Shown: in pieces, positions 11,647 through 23,600 of the stretch
Numbering within the stretch: the first letter of the stretch is position 1
Layout: every line of letters starts with the position of its first letter
Source of the DNA: Lytechinus pictus
Lineage: Eukaryota
Assembly: GCF_037042905.1 (NCBI RefSeq)
Contig: NC_087245.1
Span: 1,738,001 to 1,798,000 of the forward strand
Length of the DNA: 60,000 bases
Reading direction: 5' to 3'
Program-made: the position numbers and the translations under genes
The notes under the pieces: generated by a model
Database searches by the model: none
Seen by the model: the letters and a program-made list of their open reading frames with translations, nothing else
Told to the model about the DNA's origin: nothing

Positions 11647-14600
11647 GTAAGTTTCAGGTAGACTATAAATATCCAATATAGGATCATTAAATGAGTCTAT
11701 CATTTTGTACAATTTTGCAGTCATACCATATTTTGATTAATTAATTTCTTGCTACTTTTGGGGGTTATTTTTTAATTTCCTGGGCTACTATTAAACTTTG
11801 AAAGTAAGATATTTTGAAAATCCCTCAATTATCTGCAGTTACTATGTGAACTGCCATTATGGCTATTAATATGGCAACATGACTTGGCAGCCAGTCACAA
11901 TCAAGGTTTTTGTCTATGGTACTTACAGTAATGGCTGAGTCATAATATTAGTCACTTTTTAATCCTCTACTTGGATTGGTAAAAATTGCAAAGTAAAATT
12001 TTGCAGGGTTACATTAGTTGCAAGTGTTAAATCTTCATAAACTGAACCCCAGTTGGATAATCACCCAGATAGTATCTAATTAACTAGGCCCGTTTCGGGT
12101 ACACGTGTACACGCACGGTCAAGTCAGTGCACGTGTACTAAATTCCATCACCGTGTACATGGTAGCATCTGCATAAAGCTTGCATGGGACTACAAAGTCA
12201 GTGAACAAGCTCACAGCCTCACATTAAATCTTAGTTCTCAGACACTGCACATGTTTTAATTACTAATATGTCAATATATTTCAATTAATCTAGAGTGAGT
12301 TCACTTCCAAAATTGCCGATTTAATCCACATTCATTCTGGAGACTCAAGTTTTTGTACCACGAAATGGGTCTGCTCCGGTCTCGAAAGCTCGAAAGCATT
12401 GCTCAATCACACTCAGAGCCAATTTGAGAATCACCAATTGCGACAGCGATCATTGCTACAACTTCCGTGTTATACGCTTGTACACATGTGCTACAAGCCT
12501 AAAAACAAGCGCCGCTCAAATTGGCAAAAAAAAAAAGAAAATCAATTGATAACTTCAGTTACACTTAATTCTGCAGAGATCTGTGCATGCATGTACGGTA
12601 CAGTATACAAAATGCGCATCCAACGAGCGTCGGCGCTAGCTAGGGCCCTGCACTGATTTTCTTTTGCATTCTTTATTAATTTAATGCGCTGCTAAGCTGA
12701 GTAAACTTTTAATTTGCACCAATTTTTGTGGATTGATACTTCAAACTTCTCAGGTAAGCTTTAAAACCGTGACTTAGGCTATATAGACCCCTTTTTATGA
12801 CATGTTGATGCGGGTCCGTGTCGACATGAAAACATCACTCGCTCTCACAGTGTTTACAACGTGTACACGACCAAAAAACACGCCGTGTACACGTGCATCA
12901 AAAATGGACTTTCAAAACAGGCCTATAATTAACCTGATGACACTATTTCTTTGTATTTTTTCTTTTCATCTTATTTCAATTCCTTATAATTTGTGTAGGA
13001 AGCTAACAACATGGCAAATACCAAAGAGAAGACATCAATGTGCCTGCTCAATGAGCTTGCACGATACAACAAACTCCAACCCAAATATGAACTCATCAAA
13101 GAAAAGGGCCCTCCCCACGAGAAGATCTTCTCTGTATGCCTTACCCTTGGAACTCAAAAGTATGAGTCCTCTGGTAAAAGCATTAAGAAGGCACAGCATG
13201 GAGCAGCTGCCATTGCTTTGGAGAAATGTGGACTGCCCCATCCTGTTCCTAGAGTGAGTATGATGCCTTGATGAGTGATTATGATGCCTATAGAATAACA
13301 CTGCTTAGAGTAAGAATTCATGGAGGTCCTTTTAAATCCTCTTCAGAATCTGCTCTTGTTTATATTTTCCTCTCACAGGTTTAACAAGTATCATCTTTAT
13401 AATCAACCTTCAATAAGTCAAAGAGAGTTATGTATTCCTGAACAAAAAGATTTAATTTCTTAGAGGCAAATCAATTGTAGTCGACCTGCCAACCTGTACG
13501 ATTTTAGTCGTATTAGTACGATTTGCAAATTACGAGTATAATACTGGTTTGTTTTATATGTGTTCTTACAACTGAAGAGGGTTAATGGTTTGGTAAATAT
13601 TACCAAACATGATCATGAGTTTCTGTGTTAGAGCACACCAACAATGAAACAGCTTTTCTGTTGACACCTATTATGTGACATCCATGCAATTGACTACCAG
13701 TATATTGACAAAGGAAGTTAAAATGTTCAGGGACGAAAATTAGTTTTTGTGAGTGGTGATTTGGTTTGTACATACTGTTCTTTTAATTATAATATTGTTT
13801 TGGACTTAATAAGTAATTCTCATCAAAATGTCCGTTCACATCTGCTTTTGTCGCATCCGCAACACAAATCTACAGAAAATACAAACTTGAAAGAAAGGCA
13901 TTAGCAAAGTGGGCATTATGTATGGGTATGTCACTGGAAACAAACATGTAGATGAAATATCATACATCCTAAAAAGGGAATTGCCAAACAGGAGAAACTT
14001 TTTGATATCATGTACTCTTTCCCATATTTTTCCATCAGAGTAGCTTATTTCAGTCAAAAATACAGATAAAATTTTCCAAATTTGGAACAATGATAACTTG
14101 AATACTACCTAATCATTGAGACAATTCAAAATTATTGCATTCCAAAGGGTAATTCAGCTACTTCTTTTGGAATGGTATGGTGTTTTCATTGAAAATTAAT
14201 TAAACCTTTGAAAGAGCCATTATATTTTTTGACTTTATACATTGAAGTAAGCCTTGGTTTAATTTTTTGAAATAGAATTCACACTCTTAGGAATAAAAAA
14301 CATTATTATCACTGCTGTACATTGAACTTGAAATTTGACAACCTAGGTTGATGAAAAAGTGTCGCCTAAGTACAGAGCTGTCAAGAGTCATAATTTTTAC
14401 GATTTTCATGTCAAATTACGCCATTTGCTTTTGACCTTAATTATTATGCTTTTGAGGGTGGAATAGGTATGTACACATGTTATACACACATAGTAATTCA
14501 TTGCACAGTGGTGAAATTTACTTGCCTGACTCGGCAAGCTAGTGCTTCATAAAAGTTATGTAGCACCCTGGATATACATTCCTGAAACCATCCTGTAGGG

Positions 14601-17600
14601 TTGGCAAAAATTGGCATTTTACACATTGTGCATCTCTTACCTCTCCTCAGAAATTTATGATACTGCATGACACATTTGAAATTATGGTTTTTATCTCAGA
14701 ATTATGACTTTTGAGATTCTAGATTACTACTTATACTTTTAAAGGTTGGTAGCGCTGTAACTGTGAAACGTGCCTCATTGTATTCATTAAATTATGTGAT
14801 ATAGGACCAGCCCAAGAAGTTCAAACATAGGCCCATGAACACCAACACTGATGCCATGACCCCAACTGTCAAGCTGAACAGCCTAGCCATGAAGACGGGC
14901 AAGCAGGTGCATTACGTGCCCCTCAATCCTGTACCGCAGCGCCCCTTTTACGGGGGTTACCGTGGCCCAAGGAACCAGGGTATGCCTCACCCTAATCATG
15001 GTATGCAACAGCCACCGCAACAGGGTCCTCCACCACCCAATCAGCAACAACAGACTTCTCCACCACAGCAGCAACCAGGGGCACAGCAGGGTCAGCAGCA
15101 ACAGGGGCAGTCTGGGTCAGCGCAACCACCTCCTACATTCCACCCACCTGGCCCTCCTCAAATGCCACCTCCACCCATCCAATCACAGCAAGGTTTGAAA
15201 ATTTAAACTCTTCTATAATTCAACTGAATATTTTTGTTATTCTATGAAATTTATTCAAGTTGTCTTACAATGTTGATTAAAAAAAAATAGAGCTCTTCAA
15301 TAAGTTGGTGGTTGAATATTCAATGTATCTTAAGGAATTCAAACTTGTAGTTATTAATATACATATTACTAAGGGGTGTAAGCTATTTTTTTTTTATATG
15401 TTTGCCTTAATTTCCCATTTTCAAGTCATTTGTTAGTTTGTTCAGATAAATTTTTGTACTTAGACACACCTTTTTCAATTATTTAATGACACTTTCCTGT
15501 TTTACCTAAACAATAACCGCCTTTCTAGGTCAAGTGCCACCTCCTCCAGGCATTGCCCAACCCCAGGGGATGCCTCCCCAGGGCCCTGGGGGGATGGATC
15601 AGCAGGGACAACAGGTTGGGGCACCACCACCAAACCAAGGACAACAACAACAGCGTATGCCCCAACAGGGAGGCCCTCCATATCAAAACCAGCATCATCG
15701 GCCTTACTATCGGTAAGCTTTTCCTATTGCAATTTTAGAATGTTGGTCTTGCAAGCTACTATGATATCCTCCGGAAACTATTAGCAGCATTCCAGTATAT
15801 TTCAGTGGCAATCTCTGCCATAAATATTTAGGGTTTCATTCAAAAGTGGGAATTGCCTATCAACATATTTGTGCAATACAAGACAGCTTTTTTGTGTAAT
15901 AAAGGGCCAATTCTCTCACTTGTCATTTTAAAATCTTATTCATCATTGTTGGGGCCAATAACCAGCTGAAATGGAAGTAGAAGGAAAGACAAAGTTATAT
16001 AATTAAAGTGTAGTCTGTGTGCTCTGATTGTAGGTGTATTTTTACTGGAGACAAATGCATTGTGCATTTTCCACACCCCAACTTATTCTTTTTCTCTTTC
16101 CATCTGTCGTGAATCAGCTACCCAAGGCCATTTGTGCATTATGTTAAGGTGACTGTCGGTGAACGTGAATTCGTAGGGGAAGGAAAGACTCAGAAGGGAG
16201 CTCGTCAAAATGCTGCCTCCCGTGCTCTGAGTGCTCTGGAAAATGAACCTGCACCGAAAGTTGACATGGCTACAACAACCAACGTGGATGTTGATGGAAA
16301 TGGTGATGCCTCAAGTGGTGGGGAGGAGAGGAACATCAAGTCTGATATTAGTCTCATCTACGAAGCTGCAAACCTTCACAATCTCAATGTTGTCTTCAAG
16401 GTGAGATGAGATTTTTAAAATTTAGTATATTTATCAAGTGTATTTATTATTACTTTTTTAAAACTTGCTTGCCTATTTGTGCCCATTATAATTTTTGGAG
16501 TATGTGAAGAGATTTTGCAAAAAAAAATTGTATTCAATTTTAACCTATTCTTAGAGAGAATAATGCAACTTTACTTGCTTTATGAAAAAAATACCACATT
16601 GACCATATTTAAAGGGGTTAATTTTGCCGTATGATGATGCTCCTTTATGGTGCATTGAACACAGAAACAGACTTGTATTTTATCCTGACATGAAATAATT
16701 TTTATCATTTATTTTACAAAGTAATCAGGGAAAATTTTTGTTACTTTATGTGCATGTTGGATTTTATATTTGTATACATGTATATAAACAGCAGAAACAG
16801 TACACTAAAAAGTTGGTGAATGGATATTCACACATTAGAGGCACAGTTGAAATAAGTTTAGTGCTCTTTTCATTCATATTAATTTATATTCCAGCTGTGG
16901 TCAATCGGTAAATGATTGTACTGATTTCAGTCAGTTATTACTAATGCACATGTTCAATGTTTGACAGGTTTTGGAGGAACGTGGACAGCCACACTTGAAG
17001 GTTTTCAAGCTGCAGTGTACTGTGGGAGAGTTTGTCACTGAAGCAGAAGGTCCTTCAAAGAAAGATGCCAAGCGTAAAGCTGCTGAATTAATGCTCCCAA
17101 AACTTAAGGAACTCCCTCCAGTTGCTAATAAGGTAAGATTAAATTATGTGAGAAAACATAGATCATAATCCAAGCAAATTGCCCATCACGTGAGCTTCCT
17201 CATAGTGCTACAAGCTTCATCAGTGCCCCATACCATAAAGCTTTGCGATTCATTGTGGGGTTGATTTTAACAAATTATCATACTCAATAACCAATCCAAT
17301 CATTCTTAGTAATCAGCCCTATTATCAATTGCTATGCTTTATGTTGCGCGGCCCAGACTTTTGTGATGCATCAGTAACCACAATAGCAATGGTATATGAT
17401 CAATGAAAAATGCAGCAAAGCATATAAAATAACCAATGAAAATTTACATTGATCTTGATAAAAAATCTTTCTCATTTTTTCACACTTATCAGACGAACCT
17501 TTACTAAAATGGTAAAAATTGAAGTCTGTTTAAGCCTCCAACCTTTCTCCTTGGTTGGAGGAAGATCGGAGTAACTCCTGTCTAGACGGGCATGACTCTG

Positions 17601-20600
17601 ACATTTCCTCCCGACACTTCCTCTGACCTGACCCAGCCTACTCTGAGTGGTGATGAGATAAATATCTTTGGAATTTTAATCAATGCATAATACAATTTTA
17701 CTCCGACCAGGATCCCCCTGGATTCTTTTTTTAATTCTAAAATGGCGTTGGATCATGCGTGAAAAGGAATCTGTTTATTTTGACCTCCTGCACCTTCTCA
17801 CCTCTATTTCATTGCTATTTTCTTTGAACAGGTTGTTGTCCAACATCAAATGATGCAACGCAAACTTTGGATGCAGGACAAGAATAAGAAAAAGAAATCT
17901 AAGTCACTTCTCAAGACATCTCCAGAGGACCCCAATTTTGGCGCTCCAGGCCTTCACCCTGTCAGCAGGCTTGTACAGATCCTCCAGGTAATACCTTTAT
18001 CCCTTTTTAACAATAAGCCAACAATATATCTGTTTTCTACTATGATATCTCCTCTTTATCAAGTAAGAAGAAAATTATGCCATGACCATACAGTTAAGAC
18101 TTGATATTTCTAGGGCAGTCATTGTTACTTTTCTTTTCATTTTAGCTATTGTCCTAATCATAACTAGAGAGCTCCTGTTCCATAAGAAATTTGCATGACA
18201 CCTAAATGACATCTAAGATTTCATTTTTACAGTACCATACCTTGTACTCACTATGGATGACACATAACCGTCGGTTATTCTTTTAGTTGTTTTCCCCTTT
18301 GTAGTTCAAGAAGAACAGTTACGTCTAACTTTTGAGGCTGGAAATTATGTTTATATACAAAATAATGAATCTCTGTCCCAACCTCTCAAAAAGATGCGAC
18401 CTAACTGTTGATCTGGTATTTATTGTATGTTTTTCTGTAGGCCAAGAATGAGCGTGAACCTGAATTCACTGTGATTGATGATCGTCCTCTAATGGAACGA
18501 GCTGGACCTCACATGATACGGAGACGAGAGTTCACCATACAGGTACATCTTACCTAGTTTATTCTTATAAAGAAATAAAAACAACTATTTAAGCTAATTG
18601 CATAAATGGTAAGAAATGCACTACCTGTGATGTGTTTTTGTCTCACCTGCATAGCAGAGTGAGACTATAGGCGCCGCTTTTCCGACGGCGGCGGCGGCGT
18701 TAACACCAAATCTTAACTGAAGGTTAAGTTTTTGAAATGACAGAATAACTCAGAAAGGATATGGACCTAGTTCATGAAACTTGGCCATCAGGTTAATCAA
18801 GTTTTACTGAACATCCTGCCTGAGTTTCAGGTCACATGACCAAGGTCAAAGGTCATTTAGGGTCAATGAACTTAGACCATGTTGGGGGAATCAACATCAA
18901 AATCTTAACCTGAGGTTAACTTTTTGAAATGTCATCATAACTTAAAAATGTATAGACCTAGTTCATGAAACCTGAACATATGGTTTATCAAGTATTACTG
19001 AACATCCCGCCTGAGTTTCAAGTCACATGACCAAGGTCAAAGGTCATTTAGGGTCAATGAACTTTGGCCAAATTGGGGGTATCTGTTGAATTACCATCAT
19101 AACTTTGAAAGTCTATGGATCTGATTCATGAAACTTGGACATAAGAGTAATCAAGTATCACTGAACATTCTGTGCTAGTTTTAGGTCACATGATCAAGGT
19201 CAAAGGTCATGTAAGGTCAATGAATTTTGGCCAAGTTGGAGGTATTTGTTGAATTGCCATCATAACTTTGAATGTTTATTGGTCTAGTTCATAAAACTTG
19301 GACATAAGAGTAATCAAGTATCACTGAACATCCTCTGTGAATTTCAGGTTACATGACCAAGGTCAATGAACTTTGGCCATGTGGGGGTATCTGTTGAATT
19401 ACCATCATAACTTTGAAAGTTTATGGATCTGATTCATAAAACTTGGACATAAGAGTAATCAAGTATCACTGAACATTCTGTGCGAGTTTTAGGTCACATG
19501 ATGAAGGTCAAAGGTCCTGTAAGGTCAATGAACTTTGGCCAAGTTGGGGGAATTTGTTGAATTGCCATCATAACTTTGAAAGTTTATTGGTCTAGTTCAT
19601 AAAACTTGGACATAAGAGTAATCAAGTATCACTGAACATCCTCTGTGGATTTCAGGTTACATGACCAAGGTCAAAGGTCAATGAACTTTGGCCATGTGGG
19701 GGTATATGTTGAATTACCATCATAACTATGTAAGTATATCGGTATAGTTCATAAAACTTGAACATAAGAGTCATCTTTTATCATTGAACATCTCATGCAA
19801 GTTTCAGGTCACATGACCAAAGTCAAAGGTCATTTATGGTCATACTTTGGCCATTTTAGAGGTAATTATTAGATTGCTGTCATAACCTTCAAAGTTATAG
19901 ATATAGTGTATAAAATGTGGATATAGGGGTAATCAAGTATCACTGACAAGTTTTAGGTCACATGATCAAGGTCAAAAGTCAGTGAATGTAGTATTGTATT
20001 ATTATATAATGGTTTTTTGTTGTTGTGAATAATAATTTTATAGTAGTTTTCAAAGTCAGCACTGCTGCTATATTGAATCGCGTGATGTAGGTGAGACAGC
20101 CAGAGGCGTTCCACTTGTTTTTTTAAATCAGAGCACTATAACTTTCCCATAAAAGAAATAATTAATATTCTTCAAATTGATTCGAAAACAGTACATTAGG
20201 CTATTGTAGAATGAGCACAGGAGCAGGTTTGCATATTTCATTGTCGCATATGTGAAGTCCCTTTTCTGGATTTCGTCCTGCATTGCACTTTTGTGGATTT
20301 AAAGGGGAAGTTCACCCTGACAAAAGCTATTTGTAAAAATAGTAGAAAAAAATAATAAAAGATAGTACTGAAGGGTTGAGAAAATTCCATCCAAGAATTA
20401 AAAAACTTATTAGAATTTCAATTATGTTTGTGACGTCATATGCAAGCAGCATTCTTACATAGCGAATGGTAAAAAATCAATGAAATTTCATTTTCTCAAA
20501 AAAAAAATGAAAATGGTTTTTACTGTACCTTTTTTATATCAAGAGACAAATCATTTCACACCCTATCGTGAAGAGAAAACAAAAAATAAGTCAACAGGAA

Positions 20601-23600
20601 CCATTAACTATTATATTACATAACATACAAGGCAGCTGCTCGTTTATGACGTCGCAAATCAAACATTTAAAATTCTAATAACTTAATCTTTAATGGATTT
20701 TCCTCAAACCTTCACCAATATTTTTTTGAATTTTTTTCTGCTATTTTTACAACAAACTATTCTCCAGGGTGAACTTCCCCTTTAAAGAAAATTTGCATGA
20801 TACCTAATGGCATCTATGATTTTGTTTTACAATATAACACCATATGTTTACTCTGAAAGACATATAATCTCTGGGTATTCCCTTTGGTTATTCTTTTGGT
20901 CGAGCTCTATTGTGTTTTAGGAGATGATGTTTGGTTTATTAATGTTTTGATGGGTATTTACGTTGATCAGGTGGCTGCTGCATCTAAGAAAGCTACTGGT
21001 AAAGGGAAGACCAAGAAGGATGCCAAGAAGCAAGCTGCAGAAAACATGTTGAAACTCCTTGGCTATGCCCCTACACCTGATGAAACCAATGGTATGAGTC
21101 CAGGACAACCATCCAAATCAGCCCTCAAGACTGGAGCCAAGGTAAATATGATGGTAGTTCGCAGGCACAAACCCTCTGTCACTGTTCAGAAAATGTAGTG
21201 CTGTTGGTTTTAGCAAACCAACGAAACCAACTCCAATCGACTTACGATATGTCATTGGAAATAATATAAAAACTTTGGTTGGTCAGGGTCCCTTAACACA
21301 AAGCATAGTGATTAATCGTAAGCTTGATTTTCATGATTGATTGTACATTGCAGTCAATGGAATCAATCGTAGAAAAAGTATTCTACGATCATTGCTAAGC
21401 TTTATGTTCCGGGCCTCAGTCAGTTTCACATATCCCAGGTGTGATGGCCATCAATGAATAATAAAAATAATATATTGTATTTATATAGCACTTAATACAT
21501 GGTGTTTCTAAGCGCTTGATTCATTGAGTCATCAATGATGACTAATACTGTAACGGGGCTCAACAGCTAGTCAAAGTTGCACTTAATGCAATGTTAACAC
21601 TATTGTAAGATTTCCCTTTGAAACTTGTTTTCAGGAGATCAATACAGATGAATGAATAGTAAGTTATGTTCTGATAATAACAACGGTCACCTGTATAGTG
21701 TTTGTGTCAACAACAAATACGCACACTACAATGTCAATGTTGAAAAAAGTTGTTGCACAATCATCTTGTTTATTTTACATCCAATTTTGATGAAATTTTC
21801 AGCACTATGCTAGTTTAATTTTTTTCTATTTATTCAAGTCAGCATTTTCCTGGGGTGGACTTGACCTTTAAAAACATGATGATAAATTATTTTTTTCCCT
21901 ATGTAATTCAATATTTTTTACATTTATCACATTCATGAAACTGATAGTTATTGTGGAAAGATTCAGCACATTGAATGGCCACAAAAGTGACACAATAGGA
22001 AAACACAAGATTTTGGCTTTGATTGGCCACCTTTTCAATATTGTGTGTTCTAATCATATGGTCCTGTATTGTATCTACCAGAAGATTGTTAACACAAAAG
22101 ACCTATTTGGAAGCAAACCTATTTTACCAACAGGTGGTATATTTAGGAATCACATTTCTACTATTGATGAAGAATTACAGAAATTTACCTTAGTACTATC
22201 AATCCTTGACCATTCATATTCTTATCTGATTTTCTGCCAATGATTAAAGTTCTATTATTTTATTTTCTTGTTTAGCCTGTAGATCAGGAGGGGGACAGGA
22301 AAGTTACTTTCAAGGATGAGAAACAGAAGAAAGGTAAGTCTCCATCTTAACCCTAAAAATGTCGAGGGGGGGGCTGAATCAGCCCCCCCCCCTCGACATT
22401 TTTCGCGATAAATCTGTAACGCGAAAAGCTGGCGCCGCGCCGTTCCATGACTTTTTTCTTTAAGTCTTGCGCAACTTTTGAGACCAAATTTGCGACGCCC
22501 GGGTACGTGGTTCCGAAATTACGCAACATTCTGTAAGTGCATGTCGACACGAAATTGCAAAAAAACGTGAATTTGTGTACAAATCCAATGCAAATTGTGT
22601 TTTTAGCCAAAGTTTGTAAATGTATCATTATTTTCAATTTTACTAATCAAACTCAATTAATTTCATCTTGTTTATGGTCAGAATAAAGTAGCGGACGATT
22701 TCCATTGAAAAAACAATAAAAAACAACAAGTCGAAAAACAAAGAAATACATGAGAAATTTTAAAAACAATAAAATACATAAGAAAAGAATTGTGATATTG
22801 AATCTTTTTTAAAGTACATTTGATCAGAATCCTTCAAATAGTCTGTGAATAAAAAATTAGCAGTTTAGAGGCCTTATTTAGTGAATTAGAGCAAATCTTT
22901 GATTTAACGCATAAATTAGCATAATTAATGAATTTTGAGATTTTTCGGAAAATTTGATCCTACAGTCTTGGAGATTATGCCATGGGTTATGCATGTGCCA
23001 ATTTTCGTCGCGATCGCGCGGTCGACGGCCGAGATCATAGGGGGGGGCTGAATCAGCCCCCCCCCCCCCCCCCCCCCCAGTCTTCTTAGGCATCAAAATA
23101 GCCCAGTCTATTTAGGGTTAAGATTTGGGGAAAATCTGCAATTACTACTAAATTGATATCAGTGTAAAAGAGCATTTACTAGGTGAAGCTATGAGATATG
23201 TTGTCTCAAATTAATTTCAGAAACATTTAATAATTGAACCTTTGATATATATATCTGAAATATATATGTCAATCTCTGCAATATTCCTTTTTTCAAAATT
23301 AATGATCTTTCCTCAACTTTGTTATCTTAATTTATTTCATCCCAGGTACTAAGAAGGATGAAAAGAAAGATGGCTCTCAAGTCCAAGGGAATTCTGGGAA
23401 GGGACTTGCCCCAGGGTTACTTCCCATGATGCCAGGCATGGGAACCCAACCACAGATCTTCCCATCAGGCCCTGCTCCAGCAGGAGCTCATAAAATGCCC
23501 GGGCAAGGTAGGAACTGCTTCCATCACAGTGCTCGATTTTACAAAAGCTGCCTTCTGATAAACTTGTGTGTCTGTTTCATTAAGCAGTTAGGCAGTTAGT

